A stretch of DNA of 44,373 nucleotides, filler included, from Catajapyx aquilonaris (Eukaryota): NCBI GenBank assembly GCA_000934665.2. It is 2 parts of 2 records of this genome, joined end to end, with 100 filler letters (N's around TTAATTAATTAA, not from the genome) between each part and the next. Parts side by side here need not be neighbours in the genome. Positions count along the whole stretch, not along the records: positions 1 to 21,690 come from KZ539453.1; 1 more part is not named here. One strand, given 5' to 3'. Position numbers and translations under genes: made by a program. Below are positions 1 to 11,069 of this stretch, piece by piece (position 1 is the stretch's first letter; every line of letters begins with the position of its first letter). Below the pieces are notes generated by a model. It searched no databases and was not told where the DNA came from. It saw only the letters and a list, made by a program, of their open reading frames with translations.

Positions 1-172
1 CGCCGGCCATGTTGGGCCAGCATGAAGCCCTCCTCTTTCGTACCTATAAAGTTCAGTCTAGTCCGGTAGGGCCGCCACTTATCCTGGCCTCCGAAATGTC
101 TCATGGCGGTCTCAGGTGAGCACCCGCTGCAAAACACGTCGGCAGGGGGTGGGTGGGAGTGTCCAGACCTTA
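1..172. mobile_element. Right arm of a palindromic MITE, same family as 31193-31552
   Basis: TACCTATAAAGTTCAG..TAGTCCGGTAGGG..GAAATGTCTCATGGCG..GTGAGCACC..CTGCAAAAC.CGTCGGCAGG matches 31414-31519; ends GAGTGTCCAGACCTTA, the reverse complement of TAAGGTCTGGACACTC at 31193. Confidence 0.75.
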
Positions 173-1627
173 CTTATATGACCGTGCATGGAACTGTGCT
201 TTATTTTTCTTTTCAGGCTTTCGGGGATTCAATTCGGGATTTTGAGGTGATTAAGTGGGTGGAATAGCCCTTTGTCTTGGTATTGCTGTATGGCTTTTTG
301 TTACCGCAACAGTACTGTACATTGTTGTGGCCCTGCCAGACACGGTACGTCGCCCGTGCGTGAAATTTTTAGTTTTTTCGGAGCGATAGCGGAGCTGGGC
401 GCTTATTGTGGGTTTCTGTATCCGCAACATTTACTGTCCGTCTTGTGGCGCCGCAGGCCAACAAACGTTATTGTGGCTTTGCCAAGGGCGAAGTACACCT
501 TCACACAGTCTGTTAAACCAACGAACTACATGACGCCAAGTTCCGCTCGCCACCACCCGGCTCTCCCCTCCAATCATGCCCACGACTCACTCTGCAGGCA
601 TACTACTGCACACGCTCAGAAAACACGGCTGGTGTGACATCGTATCGTTCTTTGGGTTAACGGACTGCAGCAACCATCATGGCTTTCATATTTCCCACCT
701 CCTTCATTAATACTGTGGTCCTAGCACTCGTCTGAACGGTTCGCGTGGCAGGGGTAAGAAGACGCCCTTTGTTGTGCTCTCCCGGCAACCGTTGTTTGCG
801 ACGCGTAGCCAACATGTTTGAAGCACCGCGTCGCTATGTGCGGATAAACGATAGACTTTCCCAAATTTGCATGTCAATTGGTTCAGTCTGCATGACGTGA
901 TGATGCCAAACGCTAACGTGTCCGAACATGCGCATCTCTATGAGCGGGGTTATCTTCTAATGACTCTGTTGACACTGCACTAAAGGACATGATTATTTTT
1001 TTCCCATTCGTCACAGCATTCTACATCACTGGTGTGTTGAGCGATTTTGCTCATTTGGTCCTTATTCTTCACAGGACATTATTTCCTCACATGCCTTCAA
1101 ATTCCTCTCAGTTTCGTGGTTTTCATAATTACCTGAATCCCTAAAACAGGTTTCGCTCAACATAGCCGTGACAAGGGTTGTTGTGTCGTGTTGTGTCAAA
1201 AATGTCATGTCATTCTGTTTAGTAATTACAGAGTTATTAGGCCCGACATTTAACATGTTAACCTCTATAAGCGCCGGGACCTTTATCCCACCCTTAACCT
1301 GTAGAATAATTACATATATCTACAATAGTGCTTACTTGTATGACTTACTCATACGCAAAATACCTGCAGTAATGAGGGGGAAAATCTGATATCTACACAC
1401 ACAGAACAACTATATCATTATAAATAAATAACACATTGTATGGATGTTCTGATAATATGAAAGTTTGGATAGTCAAAGCTCTACTCTACTCTATTTTACT
1501 TTAGAAGGATCTGAACCACATGTGGAGAACATGAACTTACATTGTCACAGAGTCATTAGCCACACTTGTAGAATGTAGTGTGCATGAAACTGTACAATAA
1601 TTTGAGGTTATTGGTGCCCCTTAGCTA

Positions 1628-2212
1628 CGAGGGCCGTTCCAAAATGATATGCAATTTATTTTTTTGCCACAAAGACAGGGCACATGCAGGTCGGCAGATA
1701 GGCACACATTATCGATAGAATCCTCCTGGAGCCGAATGAACAGGAGTCATGGGTGTGCCAACCTCCCCAAGCCCTCCAGGAACCCCTTTTTGGTGGTGCT
1801 ATGCACCCACTCCCGGACAACTGTGTGCAGTCAACAACAACACTGTCAACAATGACCTGGAAATGTGTAGGCAAAGGGGTTTTTTCATGGATCTGGCTTT
1901 GGGTGCTTCCACACCTGCACTACTCACCTGGCCTGGCCCCTATGACTTTCACCTGTTTGGAGAGATGAAAAAATCTCTTCGCTGATGCCATTTCGAGAAC
2001 ATTGTTGAACAGGAAGCAGTTGTCCGAGAGTTGGTGCGCCGCACCACCAAAAAGTGGTTCTTGGAGGGACTGGAGAGATTGGCACACCTATGACTCCTAT
2101 GCATTTGGCTCCAGGAGGGTTCAATCGATAATATGTGCCTATCTGCCAACCTGTACGGGCCATTTATTTGTGGCAAAAAAATGAATTGTAAATCATTTTG
2201 GAATGGCCCTCA
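1628..2212 (+). mobile_element. Mariner-derived foldback element carrying a decayed transposase C-terminus
   Basis: TA|CGAGGGCCGTTCCAAAATGA ... TCATTTTGGAATGGCCCTCA|TA termini; long imperfect inverted arms (~1628-1830 vs ~2015-2212); centre encodes VLPHLHYSPGLAP / YDFHLFGEMKKSLR, matching the mariner HPPYSPDLAPxDFHLF motif, with a frameshift and stops. Confidence 0.88.
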
Positions 2213-2276
2213 TATTACGAAATATGAATAGTATATTGCTATGAAATGCTATCACTAATATATTGAATAGTTAATA

Positions 2277-2995
2277 CAGTGAATCCTGTGTATTACGGCA
2301 TCGCACGGGACACTAAACTTTTCCATAATGCATGGGTTTCCGCTATATTCAGATCTAGGACGTTACTAAGTTTTTGCTGGTGAGAAAGAGAGGAAAATGT
2401 GGGAGCGAAAAAGCACCTTATCTTCAATATGGTGCAAAATCAGTCCACCACACACACACACACACACACTTTTTTCCACAAAATTCTGTGCCCGATGCGG
2501 AAACTTTCAAGCCACCCATTTGACACAACTTAAGTTCTGCCATACCAGTACCAAGTTTTTGGGCTATTAATTTTGCCTGCTCTTTTGGACCATCTGCCTG
2601 GACAGGAGCAATACGTTGAGCCTTTGTCAACCCCTTCCTCTTCTGCGACATTTTTAAACGGGACTGAACGGTGAACTTGAAGGCAGGCCAGACCTATGAA
2701 TCACAATCTTCTTGTCCCCCCCCCCCCCGCCTCCTGGGAGGGTCGGGAGTGAACCTGGCTGTAGTTTCTATTTTCGTGACTCGCAGGAGATAATGTGAAC
2801 CTTTTGATTTCTGTTATGAATGGGGATTTTTTCTGATGGGAGACAAAAATCCCTTCTGTTTCCACGTTGGCCAGGATCTGTTATATCCATCAAAAAATGC
2901 ATGGCATGCCCTGTGCATATGCCCGTTCCCTGAAAAAATTCCGCAATGGATAGGTTTCCACTATACCCAGGTTCCGCAATGGCCAGGTTTCACTG
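2277..2995. mobile_element. pogo/Tigger-type MITE
   Basis: TA|CAGTGAATCCTG ... CAGGTTTCACTG|TA terminal inverted repeats with TA duplication; contains (CA)n at ~2445-2469. Confidence 0.65.
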
Positions 2996-3039
2996 TATTT
3001 TCAATCTCGTAATGACAACAAATTCTCGCCACTTTTTAG

Positions 3040-3512
3040 GATGCAGTTACTGGGGACAGTCAAGAAGCACGGTGGACAAACATACAGGACGCGGCCATCA
3101 TGAAAAATTGGATTCAGTTTCCTCTACTTCAATCAGTAGGGCAGTCTCTGGTGCTGATGAGGGCAATTCTTATTGGGAGAAACCACATGCATCAGTGTCT
3201 CCATCTTACAATGAATTATATGAATCCCACAATCATACTAGGCAGGTGTATGATCAGCCAAAGAAGGTTGACAGTGTTGACAAGGTATCTGCACCACCAG
3301 GAATGCCTGACTCAAAGGGGAAATGTAATGAGAGTTCAGGGCGACCATGGATCAGTTTAAATGTAAATTTAAATTTGATCAATGTTGAGTCACCCAGAGA
3401 CAGAGGTAGGTATGATGCTAACATGCAAGCCTCAACATTAATGAATGGTGTTTCCACTTTATTTTCCTTCGTACCAGGGATCACAGGAATGATGTCAAGT
3501 TTTTCAAAATAG
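3040..3512 (+). CDS. Possible terminal coding exon of an unknown Ser-rich protein
   Basis: Open frame of ~157 codons after a TTTTTAG acceptor-like site, ending ...GMMSSFSK*; non-repetitive. The ORF start at 2946 lies inside a MITE and is spurious. No upstream exon or family recognised. Confidence 0.4.
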
Positions 3513-3539
3513 TTATGAAGGAAAGAATTTGTTCATAAT

Positions 3540-4203
3540 GGGGAACTAGCCTTGGTCTGGGATTTGGGATTTTTGTTCATAACTAGCTAGCCCATGCCTG
3601 TAAACATACATTCCATCACTCTGTTGCATCAAAATGACATTACTGGATAAATTACGGCACATTTAAAAGTGCCTTCAAAATTGGCGGGAAAAACGCCGCT
3701 GCCAATCGAAAGGGTACACGGAAATGCCTGGTTGACTGCGAGATATGAGGAATTTGACTTTGAATTAACCGCGGACACGACGGAAAGCATTCGCAAGGCG
3801 GCTGTCGGCCATCGAGGTGGAGAAAGGGGGCCTTCATGTGCCGAATTCGGGTGACAGATGATTCCTGCCAGTTGGCACCCCTGCCAGCCCCTGAGCTGAT
3901 TGAGCGGCGTGAAGTAAAAACGCGCCCCGGCCGCTATCTTGCTCACGGAATGGGACGGTTGCTAACCACAGCGAAGCATTTTACAACAATGACGGGGCGC
4001 GTTCTATAACACCATTTTTGCGTTCATTTCACTTCGCGTGACGTCAACATTTTCTAGGGAAACAGTGACATCACCATTTCCCTACATAAAAACCCCAATT
4101 ACTCCGGAACGGGAACTGATATCTTAAAACGGAATATGCCAAAAAAATCCAAAAAATATGGGCGAATTTATTATGTAGTTTCCAAAATGAAGGCTAGTTC
4201 CCC
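3540..4203. mobile_element. Non-autonomous DNA transposon with GGGG..CCCC termini (ISL2EU/Harbinger-related?)
   Basis: AT|GGGGAACTAGCCTT ... AAGGCTAGTTCCCC|AT: perfect 14-bp TIR flanked by AT on both sides. Confidence 0.6.
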
Positions 4204-4582
4204 ATTGTAGAACAAGAGCCAAAGTGCAGCAGGATAAAATTTTTGGAGATGCAGAGTCAAATTGAATGAGTCAAAACGGATGGATCTGTCATTAGATTGG
4301 TATTGCAGTGCATGGCTTTCCAACAAGACTAACGTTCAATGTCGCAAAAGAAAGACCGTGTCAGACATATTGCAGTGTGCTTCAATACTTGTGACTGGAA
4401 GTTGTTTCTAATATAATTTTATGAATCTAAGTTTTTTTCTTATTCGTTGTCTGCATTGTAAAAGTCTGGGCTTGAAGTTTGCGAATTAGCCATTTTTGCA
4501 CTTGTAAAATGGTCACAGAAGGTGCTGGGAACCTGCCAGGGTTTTTAAATTATTTTATGGCAAACGTGGATGTCCGATTTTT

Positions 4583-4696
4583 ATATGTACTATATCGCTC
4601 AAAAAGATAGAGACGATTGGCATTTGATTCAAGTGCAAGTTGCACTTGAGTCAAAGGCAAAATCGTCTCTATCTTTTTGGGCGATATAGTACATAT
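4583..4696. repeat. Near-perfect palindrome (mini-MITE/hairpin)
   Basis: ATATGTACTATATCGCTCAAAAAGATAGAGACGATT..TCAAGTGCAA g TTGCACTTGA..AATCGTCTCTATCTTTTTGGGCGATATAGTACATAT; ~56-bp arms with almost no loop. Confidence 0.8.
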
Positions 4697-6368
4697 TATG
4701 CACCAAAGAATCAGAAGCCAGCATTTAGTGCCAGTTGCGTCACTAATATTTATAAACAGGAGTACTTCAAGGCCAGATTCCACAGACATTTTATTACCTT
4801 GGATTTTTACCCTTGTTCTATTAGATGGGTGTTTCGGGGAGGGCTAATTGGGATGGTTGTGTGGCATAGAAAAGAGTTTGGGTGTTTTATCCAGTACCGG
4901 TAACGTAGCAATAAATTTATTAATGTTTTATACTAATGCTGGCACAGTTACGTATAAAGCCAAATGAATGATCCAATGGAAAAAGGATAGTGAGTAGAAA
5001 AGAAGATGGAGCAGAGAATAAGATACTTTTTTTGCCAAACCAAAATTATGAGATGGATAACCCACACTCAATATTAGTCTGAGAGGGGGTAAAATTATGC
5101 CAATTATGTGAGCAGGTAAATCTTAAATTCAAAAGCATTACTTTGGACTTCAGCCCTTGTTATTACCAAGTTTGGGCTGGTTAGCACACAAGGGACATTT
5201 TGTGCCTAGATGCTTGTGGGGAGATGGGGGAAAGAGGGAGCATAAAAGTTGTCTTCAAGATCACCCATCCAGGTCTTTCCTCCCAGGACATACGTATCAT
5301 GGGCATACAAGTGAAACCCACCAAGTCCAATTGTGTCAGTCTGAAGTTATTTACAGTTACTGAGTGGTTTTTAAAAATGACTTATTGCGTGGAGAAGTCC
5401 ATTTTGTGCTAAAGATTCATAATGAGCCGGAAATCCATGATTTTCTGCATTCACTAGCATGTGAACATGTGCAAGATCAAATCTTTGCACTGAATTATCT
5501 TGAAACTGTTTTGTTTTTTTTTTTGTTTTTTTGACGACATCGCATATATCTCCTGTGTGCTCGTGATAAGATGGAGCTATTTTGTCATTTTCAAATATAT
5601 TTTCACATTAGGTTAGTGAGGGATAATGCCATGATAATTATTAGACTTGACCTATTTTAATGCATCTTACAAGGTTGTTTCATATTGGGAAAGGTGCGAG
5701 TGAGTAAGTGTAATCAAGTTATTTTTCCATTTTAAGTAGTTCTTTTACAAATAGGAAACCATCCAAGTATAAAAACGCTCATTTGCTTCACTCTTTTATT
5801 ACCAAATGTGTATTATAGTACGGTAGGCCTACTAATCATAAAAAATTTCATATTTCTATGAAGGATAATTAGGCATAAGAAAGAATGGGGCCTACTATCA
5901 CATGCAAAAAGAACCAGATACCTGCCCATATCCACAATGTGCACATAATTATGTTTGCATTAAATTGAAGCAAGTATATGTTATGCAATGAACTGAAACC
6001 AATAGAATTTGTCACCGTTTTCAACATATTGATGGGCACAGAAATTTTGAGGAGCCACTTTTGGAGGTGTGCACTTTTTCCACCACTACTACCTAAGCTA
6101 AGGCACACTGGTTTTTTTTATCATAGTGAAGTATTGTAAGCATGTTATGAACTTTCACTTTTGGGATTTTCAATAAAGATGGGTTGTGACTTGCGGCTTA
6201 TTATTTACTCTAGTAATACAAATTAAGGCACCTCTTTGCTCTCAAGCTGTGGCAAAAATGTTAGGGTTAACGACATGGACAACAGGTTTCAGGCTAGTTG
6301 TCCTTGGAATATGCATTCTGGGCACATCCTCTCCTCCTCAGTCAGTCTCGAGACACACCTCGATCACG

Positions 6369-7313
6369 ATGGCTTCTCTGTGCCTTGTCTACTTTGTCCT
6401 CGTCTGCCTCCAAGTTAGGACTCTCCTAGCTATGGCACCAGTAGAAGGTGGTCGCTGTAGAGGAGACAACATGATATACGAGCCAGCAGATGATCAACAT
6501 GGATTCTGCTCCTGCATCTCCTCACGTTTGGTCTACTGGGCTTCTGAAGATAGATGTTACTTGCTCAATTCCAAGGTGAGGAGTTCTTAAAATTACACCT
6601 AAGCAGGAATTTGCATCTGCAAACATCCAGGTAGTGCATGCCTTATGTTGTAAAAAATTAGAAGGAAATTAATATTGCATAAAAATTATGGTAGATGTGT
6701 GTATAATACTACAAATATGAGGCAGCTTCTAGTAATGTGTGTTGAAACTGCAAGCACTTTTGAGCATTACATAAGAGTACGCATGGTGTAATACCAACAG
6801 TGGAGTTGTAACGAAAATTGCTGTTGTCAGTAGACTTTTCTGGGAATCATTTTGAGCCTGGGTGGTCATGTGTTATTTAATTCTCACCCCCATTGCTCAG
6901 GACCTTCCATTGCTTTCACTTTCAAGCAGGGCCCATGTGGAACCAACCATCATGTGACAGTGACAAAAACAGGGGACGTGAGATGCCACCTACGACCTTG
7001 CCCATCAAGTGTTGACAATGGGGCAGTGATAGACTATATCCAGTGGACAGATGGTAAGTGTTATCAGGAAGATACCCGTGGACCTTGTCCAGAAGATTAC
7101 GTGCTGAGGTGGGCTGGGCGGATTCGTCCAGAATGTGTGCAGTTTCACCGAGAAGGTTCCTCTGGCTCGCTTCATGTCACCAAGGAAAAGGGGGATTGCC
7201 CAGAGGGGACTCAGAGAGATTCTTATGGGAAGTGCCAGCAGTTGCATCCTGTTTTCATCCAGATGTGCTTTGGAGAGAAAAAGTGGGATCCTGTTAAAAT
7301 GATCTGCATGTAG
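6369..7313 (+). CDS. Secreted cysteine-rich protein, DUF4789-like (2 exons: 6369-6575, 6930-7313; 196 aa)
   Basis: ATG plus hydrophobic signal peptide MASLCLVYFVLVCLQVRTLLA; phase-0 intron AAG|GTGAGG ... TTCAAGCAG|GGC joins CYLLNSK to GPC; second repeat DGKCYQEDTRGPC; C-terminal DCPEGTQRDSYGKC. Repeated CY-x4-GPC motif is typical of arthropod DUF4789 proteins; paralog at 9323 has the same intron position. Confidence 0.82.
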
Positions 7314-8022
7314 GATGATCTGGTTTTTGCACCTATTTGCACTTTTTTATTCAGTGATTATTTTTAGCTGATGTGTACTTTGTGATGACGATATCAATAA
7401 GTATGTCATTCAAAGTTTTATGCACGTACCAGTATTTTTTTAAGGTAATTACTTGGATAATCTTGCAAAACCCTGGCAACTATAATGACTAATAAGTTAG
7501 GAAGACCTGTGGAATATCCTCTGGTATCACTAGTGATTCATTTTTTAAGCTGTCCAATTAAATTACCTATTTCTGGATTTAAACATCTGTGCCAGTGAGT
7601 GTAGATGTCATTTATCCTAATAGATGATCAATAACCCAATTAAACTTAGCAGATAAAATATACATAAAATGAATCGTACTACTTGTTATTACAGTAGTAA
7701 AACCTCAATGTCCTCTCATGTGAAGTCATTACAGTATCAGCACTTATAGGTCTACTGAAAAAATCAATTGGTTGATATGACATGCAACAGCAAAATATAA
7801 GTAAATTCTTAATCACTTGCAAAGTATTCGTCCCTTATACAGGGTTGCCAGTAACTCATGGGGTTGCTTCAGTTATGGTGATAACTTTTCTGAGATCAAC
7901 AACATTCCTTACCACTTGCCAGCTGGGTTGCGAAGTCTTACTGCCAAAAATCCGAATTAGCCCTTAAATCACTGCACTTGAATCAAAACGCCTGGGTTAT
8001 TGACCACCTTGTATAGTGTCAT

Positions 8023-8705
8023 CAGTGTTGGGCAGGATCTAGATCAAAATAATGATCTAGATCCCAAACGCGTGATCTATGACCTGATCTAGGTACTTTT
8101 AAAACGGAGTATCTGTACTTGTATAATAATTAATTCATACCCCGTTATCAGCCATCGGCTCTTTAGGGGGGAAGTTTGTTTTGTCTGGAACTCTTTGCTT
8201 TTCATTTTACTGCGCTCGTTGGGATAGGATAGGGACGGAAGGAAGCGGCTGTGGCCTATTAATTACGGAAGCAACTCCGGAATTTTCATGGAAGGACCGT
8301 GGGAAACCACAGAAAACCACGGTCAGAGTTGCCGGCCCCGGGATTCGAACCCCGGACCTCCCGATTAGCAGTCGGACGCCTTATCCACTATGCCAACCTG
8401 CTTCGGTTGTATCTGTACTTGTATTTAGATACTTTTTTCATGGGATCTACGAGTATGATCTAAAGATCTGAATTTTCCAGATCATGTCTTTTTTTTTGCA
8501 ATATTCAAATTCTCTGTATCCCTCTTCACTTGAACTAAACTGCTAATTGACGTAAATCACTCTAGGTTGTGTGATCTGAAATCTGATCTAGATCATACCT
8601 AGATCCTTTAGAATTGAGAGATCTGAACTGGGATCTAGGTACGAAAACGCTGAAGTATCTGGGATCTGATCTAGATACTTTTTTGGGTGATCTTTCCCAA
8701 CACTG
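8023..8705. mobile_element. hAT-like MITE with many internal GATCT/TAGATC subrepeats, interrupted by a SINE
   Basis: CAGTGTTGGG ... CCCAACACTG TIR; flanks TAGTGTCAT / TTGTGTCAT (near-identical TSD). Confidence 0.75.
8125..8408 (-). mobile_element. tRNA-derived SINE, family A
   Basis: Minus strand has A box TGGCATAGTGG, B box GGTTCGAATCCC and GACTGCTAATC anticodon-like arm; 16-bp TSD GTATCTGTACTTGTAT at 8109-8124 and 8409-8424; second copy at 40598-40860. Confidence 0.9.
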
Positions 8706-9322
8706 TTGTGTCATGCATTGCATGCCATTTTGATATTGGTGGCACAGGGTGGTATGATGACTAATGTCACAGCCTGGGCACCACCTCTGAGGTCCTGATA
8801 AAGATCCCCTTCCAGACAGCTTTTCTCATGTGGAAAGCATTTCAATGGGTTATTATCACCATGTCTGCATGAGTGTCTTGATGTTCTCCTGTTCCCCTCC
8901 CTCACATCTCACTCTCTTCTATGCCTTGCAGCCTTATTCACCTTGGCTTTTGCAATAAACCAAATTAATAACATTGATATTTATTCTTATTATTGCACTG
9001 TCAAATATAGTACCTTATGGTATATGCACAACTACACCATTTATTTTCAGATCTGACATCTTTGCATAATTACATTGGTTATAGAATGTGCTTCTACTTA
9101 ATTATAAGCCCTGTAAGAGGGACTGGAATCAAAGCCTCAGTCACACACTTGTAATAATGGGCAGAAAAAACTTACCTGTCAACATGCATCTACTGTGCGG
9201 ACTGGTTCCCACAAATAATTGGTGGTTAATGACAACTTAGCATGCAGCGTAAGGGACTTTTTTTTGGCACTTTTATTATTCAAGAGACCTTGGTAATTCA
9301 CCACATTGCTTAGTAGCTCGAA

Positions 9323-11069
9323 ATGTTGGCTGATAGGTGGTCAGTATTTGCTTTTGCCCTGATTGTCATAGGCAGCCTAGATGGACATGAGCTGCCAAAA
9401 GGGCCTGCTTGTCAAAGTGATGACAAGCTGTACCAAACAATTAACAAGGCGAGCATTTATTGCTACTGCATCTTTTCAAATCGTCTCTACTGGGCTCCAA
9501 GTGACACCTGCTATCTAATCCATTCACAAGTAAGTGACTTTGTGGCAATAAGGGTCTGTTATCGTTAGCACTTCAAAAGTGATTATATCGCGATACAGGG
9601 ACTATCTTACTAGCCCAGTTACACACGTATGTTGAGTGAATGTCCAGTATACGGTATGTCATTTCTGTATATTGCCATTGTCCTCTGGCTGTACTCAGAA
9701 CATCATATGTCTTATATCTTGACCCAAGTCTAGGCTACCTAAGGTGGGTTCAAAAATGGCTCAATAATAACATGATATTGCAATGATGATAACTGACAAC
9801 TGAATTTTAATTGGCGCTGTTGATCTGATATCAACCTCTGACAGATAGGATGAAGCCTTAGGGAAGCCTGACAATTATACGGGGTGTTTCACTAGGTAGT
9901 CCCTCCAAAGAATCGACTATATTTTTCTTACGGTTCTACCTAGAAAGGTGATGTCTGGTTAAAAAGTTACCTCAGATCATGGGAATGTAGTATACCATTC
10001 ACAATAAAGGCTGTATTTGAACTTCAACCACCTCCATATGCACTCGAACGTGACTCGACGTGTAGTATCGAAGTCCCTCCGCAGCATATCGACATTAATA
10101 GTCAGGATATGTGCACTCAGTGTTTTGGAGCAATATAGTGGCAGATGACCTCCTTTGGTGGTATAAAAAGTCGAAAGAGTGAAGCACATGCTGCTGGAAT
10201 GACCGAAAAAGTGAGAAATCGGGTATCCTGTCCTGTTTACACCTGTCAAAAAAGCCGCTAATGGGGATATTTGAAGAGTTGTCCTTACAGCAGTGACCCT
10301 CGACGTTAGAAGACTTGGAAAGCAACATAAGTGCAGCAATACAGACCATTTATGAGGATATGCTGCGGAGGGACTTCGATAATAAGGAGTGTCGCGTCGA
10401 GTCGCATTCGAGTGCGTATGGAGGTCGTTGAAGGTCAATCCCAGCATTTATTGTGAATGATGCTACATTCCCATGAACTAAAGTAGCTTTTAAACCATAC
10501 ATCATGTTTCTAGGATCTAGGTAGAGTAGGAAGAAATATATATAGTCGATTCTTTGGAGGGACTATATACCTAGTGAAACACCTTGGTATTTTCTCGATT
10601 TATTTGCCACATACTGTCCATAGTATGCCCTTTCATATCACTCATAGAATCCAGTGTGTCACACTCATAGCCCTTTCAATTAGGGTCCCTGTAACGTGCG
10701 CCACCACCTGACCCTGGACTAAGACGACACGGCAGTGTGCGAATCCCGACCGTGCCCGTCGAAGGAAAGCGAAGATGGCATCATCGACTACGTCATGTGG
10801 ATAGACGGCCATTGTTACCCGGAAGGTTACTTCTCTGGACCTTGTGAAAGAGGACGCATCTTGAAATGGGCTGGTTATGAGAAACCAACGTGTATCAAAT
10901 ACCCGCCACCAATTGTTCCCGCTTTTGTAACCAATTGACAAACTGCAGATTGCCCTGTCGGAATGGCAATTAAGCGACCATTTGGGACGCTGTCGGAAAG
11001 TGTACGGAAGCATCGTATCTGTGTTCCGAGGGAAAAGCCTGGCACCTTATTCGACAGCAGTGTGTGTAG
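9323..11069 (+). pseudogene. Disabled paralog of the DUF4789-like gene (exons 9323-9529, 10684-11069)
   Basis: Exon 1 (207 nt, same length as paralog) with signal peptide, ends CYLIHSQ|GTAAGT; exon 2 starts TAG|GGTCCCTGT (GPC). In-frame TAA 10720-10722 and TGA 10936-10938; two frameshifts needed to recover DHLGRCRKVY and LCSEGKAWHLIRQQCV*, which align to DSYGKCQQLH and MCFGEKKWDPVKMICM*. AATAAA at 11091. Confidence 0.8.
9880..10587. mobile_element. Tc1/mariner-type MITE with long inverted arms, in the pseudogene intron
   Basis: TA|CGGGGTGTTTCACTAGGTA..CCCTCCAAAGAATCGACTATAT ... ATATAGTCGATTCTTTGGAGGG..TACCTAGTGAAACACCTTGG|TA; arms of roughly 200 bp. Confidence 0.85.

Noticed and set aside
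679..759. ATG with hydrophobic run MAFIFPTSFINTVVLALV, in-frame TGA, then GTAAGA donor: possible signal-peptide or selenoprotein exon for the 3040 ORF
   Set aside because: Splice phase does not match the candidate acceptors at 3040/3047 and no SECIS was identified.
2946..3039. N-terminus of the 188-aa ORF
   Set aside because: Start lies in the terminal repeat of a pogo-type MITE.
9977..10447. 156-aa minus-strand ORF
   Set aside because: Entirely inside a palindromic MITE; no recognisable motif.
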